This document shows positions 42,704 to 52,664 of a stretch of 64,000 nucleotides of DNA, in pieces. Within the stretch, counting starts at the first letter, position 1. Every line of letters begins with the position of its first letter. Under the pieces are notes generated by a model that was given only the letters and a program-made list of their open reading frames with translations, was not told the origin of the DNA and searched no databases. A program made the translations under genes and the position numbers. This stretch comes from an uncultured delta proteobacterium (GTDB taxonomy: Bacteria > Myxococcota_A > Polyangia > Polyangiales > Polyangiaceae). The stretch lies in the NCBI GenBank assembly GCA_963696385.1, contig CAVOKF010000003.1, positions 672,001 to 736,000 on the forward strand, written 5' to 3'.

Positions 42704-43606
42704 TCACAGCGAGGCGACGATGAGCCCTTCGCCGGCCCCGCGAAGTGCGCTCTGAACGGCACCGTCCACGGCCTCGTCCTGCAAGCGCCGGCGGGCCTCT
42801 TCCGAGATCGCCGACCCGGGTCCGATGATTGTAGCGGAACCGGAAACGGTCCCCTTGAGCGTCTGGTCGCGGCGGACCGTGAACTCGACCTCGGCGTGCA
42901 CCTGCAGGGTCCCGCCGAACTGGGCCTCGATCAATTGGGTCACGTTGCCGTCGAGCGTGATGACGGGCAGGTGCCGGGCCGCCGCCTGGCGATGCAGCGT
43001 GACGTCGTCGCGAACCACCGTTATTCCCTGGAGGTTCCGAGCGTGCGCCCGCGCCGCATCCAATAGCACCCGCCGCAGCTCGTCGCCCCGGATGCCGCTC
43101 CCGTTTCGCATCGCTCCGAGGACCAAAACGCAACGTGCGTCGGCCGCCCGCCGATGCGGCGACGAATCGCCGCTCCGCCCGAGGGCCGATCCCCGCGCGC
43201 GAAGGGCACCGATGGCGTCACGGATTCGAATCTTCACGCTTTGCGCGGTCTCGCTCGAAAGACGTTGATCGAGCGCCGTCTCCGCCGTGGCATCTCCGAG
43301 AACTTCGAGTGCCTCTACGACTGCGACGCGTACGGCCGGATGCGGATCATCGAGGGCGCGTTCGAGCGATTCTCGTGCACCCGCGGGTCGCGCGCGCCCG
43401 AGCTGCAGCGCCGCGCTGACCCGTACCCTAAAGTCGTCCGAATGTGCGAGCTCGTGCAAAGCGATTGTCGGGTCGCCGGCTTGCGACACCGAGCTTTGGA
43501 AAATGGTCGCCAGCGCCAGCACGGCGCAGCGGGCGAAGCGAACGAGCTGCCGACGGCATGGAACGCCCACGTAAAATGGCCCTTCCGTGAATCGCGTCGG
43601 CGTCAC
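42704..43606 (-). CDS. HEAT-repeat exported protein
   Basis: DDFRVRVSAALQLG and DPHPAVRVAVVEAL repeats; signal-peptide-like segment; 4-bp overlap with the upstream stop. Confidence 0.8.
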   Translation of the reverse strand: MTPTRFTEGPFYVGVPCRRQLVRFARCAVLALATIFQSSVSQAGDPTIALHELAHSDDFRVRVSAALQLGRARPAGARESLERALDDPHPAVRVAVVEALEVLGDATAETALDQRLSSETAQSVKIRIRDAIGALRARGSALGRSGDSSPHRRAADARCVLVLGAMRNGSGIRGDELRRVLLDAARAHARNLQGITVVRDDVTLHRQAAARHLPVITLDGNVTQLIEAQFGGTLQVHAEVEFTVRRDQTLKGTVSGSATIIGPGSAISEEARRRLQDEAVDGAVQSALRGAGEGLIVASL

Positions 43607-44146
43607 TCCGCCAAGAGGTCCATCACCTCTTTTTCGATCTCCCTATCGTCGCCGTCGCGGTACCCGACGTGCGCGTACCGAACAACCCCCCTGCGATCGA
43701 CGAGGAACGTCGAAGGCATCGTCTCCGGCTTGTATCGGCGGGCGATGGATTTGTCCTCGTCCCACGCGATCGTGAACTTGGCCCCGTAGGTCGAGGCGAA
43801 CGCCGCGATTTTGTCCTTATCGTCGGGCTCGTCCTCGCTGATGCCGACGATGTGCAACCCGCGTGCCGAGTACTTCGCATTCAGATCCTCGAGCTTCGGG
43901 AACGATCGCTTGCAGGGGCCGCAATACGTTCCCCAGGAAATCGACAATCACGACCCGGCCGCGAAGCGCGCTCAAGGAGAACGCCGTGCGCGTCCCCGCG
44001 ACGGGCTTGACGGTAAAGTTCGGCGCCGGGTCTCCGACGAGCCCGGAGTCGTACGTGCGCTCCGCCATTGACCCTGATTCGTAACCGCCGCCGCACGCAG
44101 CGAGCAGGCATGCGACGAGAACCACGATCGGCAAGTCGACTGTCAC
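43603..44146 (-). pseudogene. TlpA-family thiol-disulfide oxidoreductase lipoprotein, +1 frameshift at ~43936
   Basis: LLAAC lipobox and APNF...LRGRVVIVDF continue as WGTYCGPC in another frame; removing one C from TTCCTGG restores FW. May be a sequencing error. Confidence 0.8.
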
Positions 44147-44375
44147 GCTATCGTTATGAAACGGGACAGTTGGCGCGCGCTCAAGCTCCGCGCGCCGCGC
44201 AGGCGCCGATCGCTACGATGGTGTACGCGGCAAGATCACCCAGGCGACGGGGGAGCGTCGTCTCACGAGGCGCAAGCGCCATCGCGGCTGTCCCGCCGGG
44301 CGCTCGTATGGCCGGGCTCGCCAAAGCGTGATTGGCCACCGCTTCCGAACTGAACGGAGATACCATCCGCGCCGG

Positions 44376-45485
44376 GTGTTGGTCATTCGAGAGGGCCGCG
44401 TGCTCGGCTACCGGTTGCTCGACGTGGCCGACGAAATTGATCTCGCGGCCGCGCAGAAGGTGGTCCAAAGCAGCGCATCGCGCCGCGGCGCCCTTACACG
44501 CGAAGCGGCCTTGTCCCTCGTCATGTCGGCGCCTCCGTTGGAGGTGACGCTTGGAACGCACATCGTCAACCTTCCGCGGTCGAGCGCCCGCCTGGAGGCC
44601 GACGTTTCGGCGCGGCTTTTTGACTACGGAGCCGTCTCCGTTTGTTTCGATATCCCGATTGCGCCCGGGACGGAGCTATCCTCGCTCGTGCCTCTTTGCG
44701 ACGAGCTGTACGAGTCCACCGAGCTCGATCGCTGCGCGCAAGAGCTCATCCCGGGGTTGCTCGATCGGCTCGGCACCGCGGTGCACCAGCGACACCAATG
44801 GGGCGGGATCGAGACCTATACAATCGTATTTGTCCGACATTTTGACGGCCAGCCTCGCGCAACGGAGGTCCTCGCGTCACCGACGCTCGCCAGTCTCGTG
44901 GTCGGTGAGCCGCCAACGCGCCATTTGTCGGCGGGGCAGAGGCAGGACGTGCTACAGCATGCCCACAGCTATTTCGAAGACGACCTGGTGGTCGTCGACT
45001 GGAACAGCGCGTTCGTGCTGGAGCCGTCGGGTAGTCACGACGTCCCCGACATCCTCGAGCTCGCGACCTCGCAGCTGCTCGAGCTTCAGTACTACGATGG
45101 TCTATTCGATGCCGAGCTCGCGCGGGTGCATCGACAGTTCAGCGCCGCGCGCGGTGAGCGCTTTGGAGCTGGTTTCCGAAACCCGTGGGTCGAGCTGGGC
45201 CATGGGGTGGTTCGCCGACTCCTTGAACTGACGGAGTTCGCGGAGCGTGTGGACAATGCTCTCAAAGTGACAGGCGACTTCTACCTCGCGCGCGTTTATG
45301 AGAGCGCGGTTCGCCGCTTTCGCATTCGCGCCTGGCAGTCCAGTATCGACGCCAAACAGGCGCTACTGGCGCAGGCATACAATCTGGTCCGTGGAGAGAT
45401 CGACGCGCGCCGAAGCACCGTGCTCGAGCTCGTCGTGATCGCCCTCATCGTCCTCGAAGTGCTGCTCGCGATTGTCCGGCGGTGA
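44376..45485 (+). CDS. Hypothetical protein, RMD1/DUF155-like with C-terminal TM
   Basis: DVADEIDL N-terminus, helical ERVDNALKVTGDFYLARVY, C-terminal LELVVIALIVLEV. Start uncertain. Confidence 0.6.
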   Translation: MLVIREGRVLGYRLLDVADEIDLAAAQKVVQSSASRRGALTREAALSLVMSAPPLEVTLGTHIVNLPRSSARLEADVSARLFDYGAVSVCFDIPIAPGTELSSLVPLCDELYESTELDRCAQELIPGLLDRLGTAVHQRHQWGGIETYTIVFVRHFDGQPRATEVLASPTLASLVVGEPPTRHLSAGQRQDVLQHAHSYFEDDLVVVDWNSAFVLEPSGSHDVPDILELATSQLLELQYYDGLFDAELARVHRQFSAARGERFGAGFRNPWVELGHGVVRRLLELTEFAERVDNALKVTGDFYLARVYESAVRRFRIRAWQSSIDAKQALLAQAYNLVRGEIDARRSTVLELVVIALIVLEVLLAIVRR

Positions 45486-45525
45486 CCCTCCGTTCCCGTC
45501 GGACGTATTTTGCTAGCCCACGGCG

Positions 45526-46935
45526 TTATTCGACGTGAATGCAGAGCGTTGTCGCGGCGGCCCCACCCAGGACGTCGAACGCTCGGACCGAGGCCATATA
45601 TTTCCCCGGCCGTTCGTAGTGGTGCTCGAGCGACAACGCGAGCGGCTGTCGGCCCCGGCTCGGACGCCAGGCACTCGATCCCACGTGCAGGCGCCCGTCC
45701 CGGTGATCCCAGTCGACGCACCAGCCGTCGAGCCACTGGGACCAATGGGTCACGACATCGCGCGTGCCACCGGGAACTCTGTCCGGGGCCATGGCGAAAT
45801 CGACGATCCGGATCGTCACCGCGAGACCAGAAACGCACGCGTCCGCTCGCAAAGCGCCTTCGACCTGGGATCCCGAGACGATTCCGACATGTTGCACGAT
45901 CCACGGACGGGCACCGCGAACGGCGAGGAGACGTTTGCGCGCGACGTGGAGTGCGATCGGCGAGACGTCGCCGACGATCCATCTTCGGCCGAGTTTCTCC
46001 GCCACAACCGCGGTGGTTCCCGATCCGACGAAGCAGTCCACGACCCGGTCGCCGCGGTTCGACGAGGCTCGGATGATGCGCGCCACGAGAGCCTCGTTCT
46101 TCTGAGTCGGGTACCCAACCTTTTCGCCCGAGAAGGACACGATCTGGATGCTGTTCAAGCGGTCGGCCTCGCTGCCGTTCCATACGTCCTCCATGGGGTA
46201 ACCCGAGCCCCGAGGCGGCGAACCGTCACGCCGCACGTACCCGGGCGCATACGGAATCAACTCCTTGTGAAACGTCTTGGGCTTGCCGCCCTTCGCGTAG
46301 AATAGGACCGTGTCATGATTCCGAATCCAGCCGCGCGTCTGCGACTTGAAGCCGCTGACCCACCCGATGCGCCAGACGATCTCGCGTTGAAAAGCGTCGG
46401 CGCCGAAAATTTCGTCGAGCAGCACCTTGGCGTAGTGCCCGACGTGCGCGTCGAGATGGACGTAGAGGCTGCCGCCCTGGGCGAGTAACCGGTGCAGAAG
46501 CGTCGCGGTATCGGAAAACCAAGCCAGCCAAGCGTCGAGTCCACGGGCGTCCTCATAGGCATGCACGGCAACCCGCGAAGCGCCAGCCGGGGCCCCGGGA
46601 ATGGAGGCGAGAAAATCGAAGGTCTCGCCGGTGTCGAACGGCGGGTCGATGTAGACGAGGTCGATCTTCTCCGAGAGCTCGTCAACCAGCGCCGGAAGGG
46701 CCGATGCACTGTCGCCCAATACGAACCGATTGACCTCGGCCGATGTACCATCGCCGTACATTTCCACGGACTGAATCGGGAAACGAGGTCGCTCCGGCCG
46801 CCCTCGCGCGCGGCGCGGGATTTTTCCCTTCCAAACAAGCTCCGCCACAGTTCTTTCCTTTACCCCTAGCCGAGCCTCGTTGGGCTCGGCGAGCGGCTCG
46901 ATTGCTGGCGGAGATCCGCTACCGTTGGGCCGCAC
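45526..46935 (-). CDS. Site-specific DNA methyltransferase (beta class, Type III Mod-like), orphan
   Basis: Motif IV DLVYIDPPF precedes motif I DCFVGSGTT; YPTQKNE; C-terminal WCVDWD...Y...PGKY...DVLG. Confidence 0.9.
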   Translation of the reverse strand: MRPNGSGSPPAIEPLAEPNEARLGVKERTVAELVWKGKIPRRARGRPERPRFPIQSVEMYGDGTSAEVNRFVLGDSASALPALVDELSEKIDLVYIDPPFDTGETFDFLASIPGAPAGASRVAVHAYEDARGLDAWLAWFSDTATLLHRLLAQGGSLYVHLDAHVGHYAKVLLDEIFGADAFQREIVWRIGWVSGFKSQTRGWIRNHDTVLFYAKGGKPKTFHKELIPYAPGYVRRDGSPPRGSGYPMEDVWNGSEADRLNSIQIVSFSGEKVGYPTQKNEALVARIIRASSNRGDRVVDCFVGSGTTAVVAEKLGRRWIVGDVSPIALHVARKRLLAVRGARPWIVQHVGIVSGSQVEGALRADACVSGLAVTIRIVDFAMAPDRVPGGTRDVVTHWSQWLDGWCVDWDHRDGRLHVGSSAWRPSRGRQPLALSLEHHYERPGKYMASVRAFDVLGGAAATTLCIHVE

Positions 46936-46964
46936 GGATTTACGGACAAGGACACCCGACAGCC

Positions 46965-48203
46965 ATGCCCCAGCCTTGTGTCTCTCTTAACGATGCGCGC
47001 GCCCGCTACGATGAGATGAAACGAGCCTCGGCTGCGCTCGATCTGACCCGCGGCAAGCCATCGCCCGAGCAGCTCGACCTCTCCAACTCGCTCACGACCA
47101 TTCTCGCGACGAACGACTACCGGGCCGCCGACGGCACCGACTGTCGCAACTACGGTGGCCTCGACGGATTGCCGGAGGCAAGCGCCCTGTTCGCCGGTAT
47201 TCTGGAGGTGGCCCCCGACCGAGTCATGACGGCAGGCAACTCGAGCCTCGCGCTGATGTACGAGACGCTTGCCCATGCCGTTCTTCACGGGGTTCCCGAT
47301 GGGACCCGTCCGTGGCGCGACGAGCACCCCCAATTTCTCTGCCCCTCGCCGGGCTACGACCGACACTTTTCGATTTGTGAGGATCTCGGAATCCAGATGA
47401 TTCCGGTCGGCATGAATGCGGACGGTCCCGATATGGACGCCATCGAGCGCCTGGCGGCCGAAAGCGAGCGTGTCAAGGGCATGTGGATTGTTCCGAAATA
47501 CGGGAACCCGACCGGAGTTACACTCCGTGCCGAAGTCGTCGAACGATTGGCACGAATGAATACCGCCGCGGCGGACTTCCGTGTCATGTGGGACAATGCC
47601 TACGCGGTTCACGACCTCACCGACACACCCGAGCCCTTGGCTGACTGCCTCGGGGCGGGCGAAGCGGCCGGACATCCGAACAGGTTCTGGATCTATACGT
47701 CGCTCTCCAAAGTTACCTTCGCCGGCGCGAGCATCTCGGCCATGGCTTCCGGCCCACATAACCTCGCGTGGATGCGCAAGCACCATGCGAACGTCACGAT
47801 CGGGCCGGACAAACTGAACCAGCTTCGCCACGTTCGCTTTCTGAAAAATGCCGACGGCGTCCGAGCGCACATGAGGCGCCATGCCGCGATTCTTCGACCC
47901 AAGTTCGACCTCGTGCAAGCCGTTCTGGAGCGCTATCTCGGCCAGACCGACTTCGCGACGTGGACGAAGCCGAAGGGCGGCTATTTCGTCAGCCTCGACA
48001 CGCGGCCAGGCCGCGCGGCTCGCGTCGTTGCAATGGCCGGCGACGCGGGCGTCAAGCTCACGCCGGCTGGTTCGGCGTTTCCGTACAAAAAGGACCCGTT
48101 GGACCGCAACATTCGCATCGCACCGAGCTTCCCGTCGTTGGGGGAGCTTGAGCGTGCGATCGAAGTGCTCGCCGTCTCGATCATTTGCGCAAGCGGCGAG
48201 TGA
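46965..48203 (+). CDS. PLP-dependent aminotransferase (aspartate aminotransferase-like, class I/II fold)
   Basis: LDLTRGKP, RNYGGLDG, PGYDRHF, PKYGNPTG, WDNAY, SLSK, IRIAPSFP. Confidence 0.9.
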   Translation: MPQPCVSLNDARARYDEMKRASAALDLTRGKPSPEQLDLSNSLTTILATNDYRAADGTDCRNYGGLDGLPEASALFAGILEVAPDRVMTAGNSSLALMYETLAHAVLHGVPDGTRPWRDEHPQFLCPSPGYDRHFSICEDLGIQMIPVGMNADGPDMDAIERLAAESERVKGMWIVPKYGNPTGVTLRAEVVERLARMNTAAADFRVMWDNAYAVHDLTDTPEPLADCLGAGEAAGHPNRFWIYTSLSKVTFAGASISAMASGPHNLAWMRKHHANVTIGPDKLNQLRHVRFLKNADGVRAHMRRHAAILRPKFDLVQAVLERYLGQTDFATWTKPKGGYFVSLDTRPGRAARVVAMAGDAGVKLTPAGSAFPYKKDPLDRNIRIAPSFPSLGELERAIEVLAVSIICASGE

Positions 48204-48237
48204 CGGGTCGCAAACCTCGGCCCTCGGGGCCAGGATT

Positions 48238-49539
48238 TCACTTTCCGATGTACGAGCCGAGGTCCCGCTCCTCGGAAATCGCTCGCAGCTTCTTCAGCGC
48301 GGCGGCTTCGATCTGACGAACGCGCTCGCGCGACAAGTTGAACGACTTGCCCACTTCCTCGAGCGTTTGCCCGGGGCCGCCGTCCATTCCAAAGCGGAGG
48401 CGCAGAAGCTGCTGTTCGCGCGGGGTCAGATGTTCGAGCAGCGCTCGAGTCTGGACGTGCATGCGCTCGCGCGCCAGCTGTTCGTCCGGCGCGGGCGATC
48501 GCTGATCGGCCACGAGGTCACCAAGCTGGCCACCGTCGCCGTCGTCGCCCAACGGGGCCTCCAGGCGAAGCGGTTCGCGCACAAGCCCCCGAATGGCCCG
48601 AACCTTGTCGAGAGGCAGGCCGCTCTCCCTCGCGAGCTCTTCGTCCGTTGGCTCTCGACGCCCCTGCTGCGCCATCGTTCGACGTACACGCTCGAGCTTG
48701 TGACGACTCTCGAGCAAGTGAACCGGAACTCGAATGGTTTTGCTCTGATCGGCCAGAGCTCGTGCCATCGCTTGGCGTACCCACCACGCGGCATACGTCG
48801 AGAAACGATGCCCACGGCGCCAATCGAATTTCTCGACGGCCCGAATGAGGCCGAGCTGGCCCTCCTGCACGAGATCATGCATGTCGAGGCCCTGGCCCAC
48901 GAAACGACGCGCGTACGTGACGACGAGACCGAAGTTGGCGCCCACGAATTCGTGCACCGCGCGTTGCGCTTCGCGCCGGCCCCGAGCAAAAGCTCTCCGG
49001 GCCCGTTCGTCGGCAGCGCGGGAGCGAAGAGCACGTGCCATTCGATCGAAAAGCGAGCGCTCGAAGCGTTCCGCACCGAGCTCGTTCGCAACGCGCGCAC
49101 GCCGACGACGGCTCCGCTCACGAGTGGCCTCGTCGCTGGCCGTGCGCGCCGTAGCCGCGGAAGCCGCCCAATCCAGCAATCGCGCGAGTCGTTCGACGTT
49201 CGACGGTTCGTCGGCGTCCTCGGCCGCGTTTCGTACGAGCGCGGAGGGCACGATGCGCCCGTCTCTCAGCTCCACCGCAAGAGCTCGCAGTGGACCCGCG
49301 GCGTTAGCGCTGCCGAGCAGCGCCTCGAGCGCGTCGCGCTCACCGCCTTCGATGCGTTGAGAAAGCTGTACTTCTTCCTCGTGTGTCAACACCCGCCTTC
49401 GCGTAGAGCGGGGAGGAGAGGCGGACGCCGAAGGGTGCGCGTCGTTCGCGACGGTGACGTCGGCGAGAGTATCGAGCTCGAGGGGACCTTGGTCGAGGTC
49501 CTCTCGCGCGGGAACGAGGGCAGTGCTAGGTACGTTCAC
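48238..49539 (-). CDS. Second RpoD/RpoS-like sigma70 factor
   Basis: ANFGLVV...DLVQEGQLGLIRAVEKFD...RFSTYAAWWVRQ; TLEEVG...SRERVRQIE. Start uncertain. Confidence 0.9.
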   Translation of the reverse strand: MNVPSTALVPAREDLDQGPLELDTLADVTVANDAHPSASASPPRSTRRRVLTHEEEVQLSQRIEGGERDALEALLGSANAAGPLRALAVELRDGRIVPSALVRNAAEDADEPSNVERLARLLDWAASAATARTASDEATRERSRRRRARVANELGAERFERSLFDRMARALRSRAADERARRAFARGRREAQRAVHEFVGANFGLVVTYARRFVGQGLDMHDLVQEGQLGLIRAVEKFDWRRGHRFSTYAAWWVRQAMARALADQSKTIRVPVHLLESRHKLERVRRTMAQQGRREPTDEELARESGLPLDKVRAIRGLVREPLRLEAPLGDDGDGGQLGDLVADQRSPAPDEQLARERMHVQTRALLEHLTPREQQLLRLRFGMDGGPGQTLEEVGKSFNLSRERVRQIEAAALKKLRAISEERDLGSYIGK

Positions 49540-49706
49540 GGTCGGCTGCTGGGGGCGGGGGTTGGGTAAGATGCCGAGCGATTGAGTAGGGTCGCTCCTC
49601 TTGGCGAACAACCATTGCTCTCGCCCGGCTCTTCCCCAAGGGGGACGCCAAACCTTAAGCATCACGGGCGATTTGGCCAGGGAAATGTGGCGGCCAAAGA
49701 CTTACA

Positions 49707-49750
49707 CGCAGACTTCTCGCAGAAATCGCAGAAAATCGCAGAAAATGCAG
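49707..49750. repeat. Tandem ~10-bp repeat CGCAGAAAAT (4-5 imperfect copies)
   Basis: cgcagacttct cgcagaaat cgcagaaaat cgcagaaaat gcag. Confidence 0.85.
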
Positions 49751-49793
49751 GCCGAGCTCGGGAAGACCCCCCTTTGTCCCGGGGCGCTCTACC

Positions 49794-51098
49794 TTAGGGT
49801 GACGACGCTGAGGGTGACGACGCTCGCTTCGTCACGATGAGATGCGCGTGACCGTCCCGATCCGGGTAGCCATACCGAAAAGCCAAGTCACGGGCGGGCT
49901 GTTGCGCGAATAAGATCTTGAAATCATTCGCGTCTTTGCTGTCTATTAGCCCAAATGGGGCCGGCCCAGCAAACCGGCCGTAGGTCTCTTGGGATAGCCC
50001 CGCGGCGTCGGCGAACCGCGGGGGAATGCCCGTCGAGTCGGAGACCATCCACACGAGGTGTTGGATGAGCCACGCGCGCACTCGAGAAAAATGGTCGCTC
50101 CACAGAAGATGGCTGGCGGCCTTGGTCATCGCCGACACCATTCCCTTCTGGCTCAGGTGCAACAAAAGCGCCGGGGTGGCCGCGAGGTGATCGTCGTCCA
50201 AATTGAAGGCAAGATGCCGCAGTATCCTCACAGGTCCAGCATCACCCGCGGGTCGAAACTGCAACTCGGCATCCTCGAACAGAGCACGCAAGGCTTTCGG
50301 ATGATGCGCCTGCGCAACAATGTCGGCTTGAGTGACGTATGCGACCGATCCGTCCGGCCGAAGCTGAAAATATCTAAGACTTACAGGCTCGTATCCATAA
50401 ATCACGAGCGCAGCAAGCGTGAACAGCAGCTCGCCGGGCAGGTCGGTCTTCGACTCTTTCTCGAGGTTGTCCGTACGGGAATGCGCCTTCTCGAGCAGCC
50501 GCTCCAAGTGAGCCCGGTGAACCGCAAGCTCGAGCCCAAGACGCTCCGGCGCCAGCGCGTCGATCGCCCGTACATCCCCTGCAGGCTCGAGCGAAATCGT
50601 CGTTATTTCGGTCGCTTCGGGAAAGGTTGCCAACGCGCTCGCCAAATCGCCGCCCCCGAATGGGTACACGACCGTGGCCGGAAGATCCTTCGGACGCAGC
50701 GAAGCCAGAAATGGCTCCGCAGCCGCCACCCAGGTCTTCCTGTATTCGTCGTAGGCGCGAGCAAGCTCCTCGCAGTGTCTCGTCACCAAGGCGACGTCGA
50801 AGCGCGATGGAACCTCGCCGTCAGCACCGCACGCTGCGAGCCGAAACAGAATACGGGCCTGTTCAATGAACTCAGCGCCTTGGGCGGCCGCGTCCGGTTC
50901 GTCGATCCCGCTCCGGGCGTCGAGGGCCGCGTCGTTCGAGGTCGTCGTGCGGGCGCTTGCCGCGAGCGAGCCGTCGCCGGCCTCCCTGTCCGCGGGCGAC
51001 GCGCTCGTGAGCGGGCCCACGGGCGGGGTGAGCTCCGGCGCGCCCGCACGAGCGCACGCGCAAACGAGAACCCCGAGGATGAGCGCCACGCGTTTCAT
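49794..51098 (-). CDS. Hypothetical exported protein / lipoprotein
   Basis: MKRVALILGVLVCAC signal; globular region with VVYPFGGGD, KAASHLL, SDSTGIPP, FRYGY. Confidence 0.75.
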   Translation of the reverse strand: MKRVALILGVLVCACARAGAPELTPPVGPLTSASPADREAGDGSLAASARTTTSNDAALDARSGIDEPDAAAQGAEFIEQARILFRLAACGADGEVPSRFDVALVTRHCEELARAYDEYRKTWVAAAEPFLASLRPKDLPATVVYPFGGGDLASALATFPEATEITTISLEPAGDVRAIDALAPERLGLELAVHRAHLERLLEKAHSRTDNLEKESKTDLPGELLFTLAALVIYGYEPVSLRYFQLRPDGSVAYVTQADIVAQAHHPKALRALFEDAELQFRPAGDAGPVRILRHLAFNLDDDHLAATPALLLHLSQKGMVSAMTKAASHLLWSDHFSRVRAWLIQHLVWMVSDSTGIPPRFADAAGLSQETYGRFAGPAPFGLIDSKDANDFKILFAQQPARDLAFRYGYPDRDGHAHLIVTKRASSPSASSP

Positions 51099-52505
51099 TG
51101 AGATCTCTCCTGAGCACGCATCCGCGCGCGGAAAAAAGCGTAGGCGGGAAGGCCGGTCGCGACGATTGCGGCGCCGATCAACGCTTCGCGCATGCCCCGC
51201 TCGAGCACGCTCGAGAGCACCCAAACGTTCATCGCAACGAACAGCGCGGGAGCCACCGGGTATCCGGGAACTCGGAACGGACGAGGCCAATCCGCCCGAC
51301 GAATGCGGAGTACAAAAACAGCCGCAACTGTCAGAGTCGAAAACGCGATGATCGCGAACATTGCGAAGGTAAGAAGCTGCTCGAACCGCCCACTGAAGAG
51401 CTCCGCGACCGCCACGATGGCTTGGACTGCGAGAGCGACGATAGGAACGCGCGCCGGGCCGTGCACCCGTCCGAGCGGGCCAAAGAATAAACCGTCAGCG
51501 GCCATGGCGTGATAGAGCCGCGGCCCCACGAGCACCGTCGCCTGAAGGGAACTCAAGATGCATAGCGCGACGAGCGGCGCGAGCAGGCCTGCGGCAAGTG
51601 CCCCCCCGAGCCGCGACGCCGTGACGCGAGCCGGATCGGTGGTTTGGCGGAGCTCCGCAACGGGCAATGCGCGCAAATATGTGGCGTTGACCAGGACATA
51701 CAGCAGAATGCAAGTGGCGGTGCCGACGGCGAGCCCCCACCCTAGACTCCGAGCCGGATCCCGCATCTCGCCCGTGATGTACGTCGCCGCGTTCCAACCG
51801 CTGTACGCGAAAAGGACGGGGATCAGGGCGACGGCCATACCGGCCGGGTGACCGGTCCCGAGGCTTTGGTGCATGCCGGGCACGAGCACGGGGCGCGCAA
51901 GCAGGCCGAGTCCGAGCAAGAATCGCAAACGCGGCGAGCTTCGTGGCGGTGAGTGCGTTGAGAATGACTCTGCCAGGTTGCAGACCGAATGCGTTGAGGA
52001 GGGTCAGGCCGCCAATCGCAAACGTCCCAATCGCCGTCGATGCGGATGGCCCGAGGTCGCACATCCCGGCGACGCTGTTTCCGAAACCGGAAGCCAGCGC
52101 CGCGATGGATCCAGGAAACGCGATCCAGAAACTCGTCCAGCCGCTCAGAAACCCGATTGGAGAGCCATAAGCTTCCGTCAGATACACATATTCCCCCCCC
52201 GAGCGCGGGAACATCCCACCAAGTTCGCCATTGCTCAATGCCCCGGACAGGGCAATTGCGCCCCCAATGATCCAGGTCCCGATGAACGCGGCCGGCGAAC
52301 TCACGTCGGCCGCAACGAATGGACTCACGAGAAAAATCCCGGCGCCCACGATGCTCCCCACCACGAGAAGCGACGCGTCGACCACGCCGAAGCCACGCCT
52401 CGCCGGGTCTCCGTGGTTCGACGGAGAGAGCGGCTCGAGCGGTGGAACGTGGCGATCCGAAGCGTCTTGACGGTTCGAACCGCTCGAAGGGATGAAGAAG
52501 CGCAC
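51095..52505 (-). pseudogene. APC-family amino acid permease, +1 frameshift at ~51921
   Basis: GSIVGAGIF and ELGGMFPRSGGEYVYL in one frame; FAYSGWN...GEMRDP...RPFRVPGYP in the next. Start uncertain. Confidence 0.8.
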
Positions 52506-52539
52506 CCAGCGCGAAGTACACGAAGTCGCTGAGACCCAC

Positions 52540-52574
52540 AAAAAAGCGGACTCCCGGGTCGTGCGCACGTCCGC
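52540..52574 (-). terminator. Intrinsic terminator-like hairpin upstream of the permease
   Basis: GCGGAC...GTCCGC stem followed by T6 on the minus strand. Confidence 0.45.
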
Positions 52575-52664
52575 ATCGGCCAATCGAACGAGCTTTCCGG
52601 GGAGAGATGCCGGTAGCGCAAATCGGGCGCGCTCGGTCCGGTCCGGACTAAGATGGGCTGAACC

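Noticed and set aside
14175..46935. Mrr-like protein plus methyltransferase as a restriction-modification system
   Set aside because: They are ~30 kb apart, and the Mrr-like domain lacks recognisable catalytic residues.
49707..49750. Tandem repeat as a CRISPR array or iteron set
   Set aside because: Units are ~10 bp with no spacers, and no cas or rep gene is nearby.
49796..49824. 14-bp direct repeat AGGGTGACGACGCT x2
   Set aside because: Only encodes the ASSP-S-ASSP tail of the hypothetical protein; two copies, not CRISPR-like.
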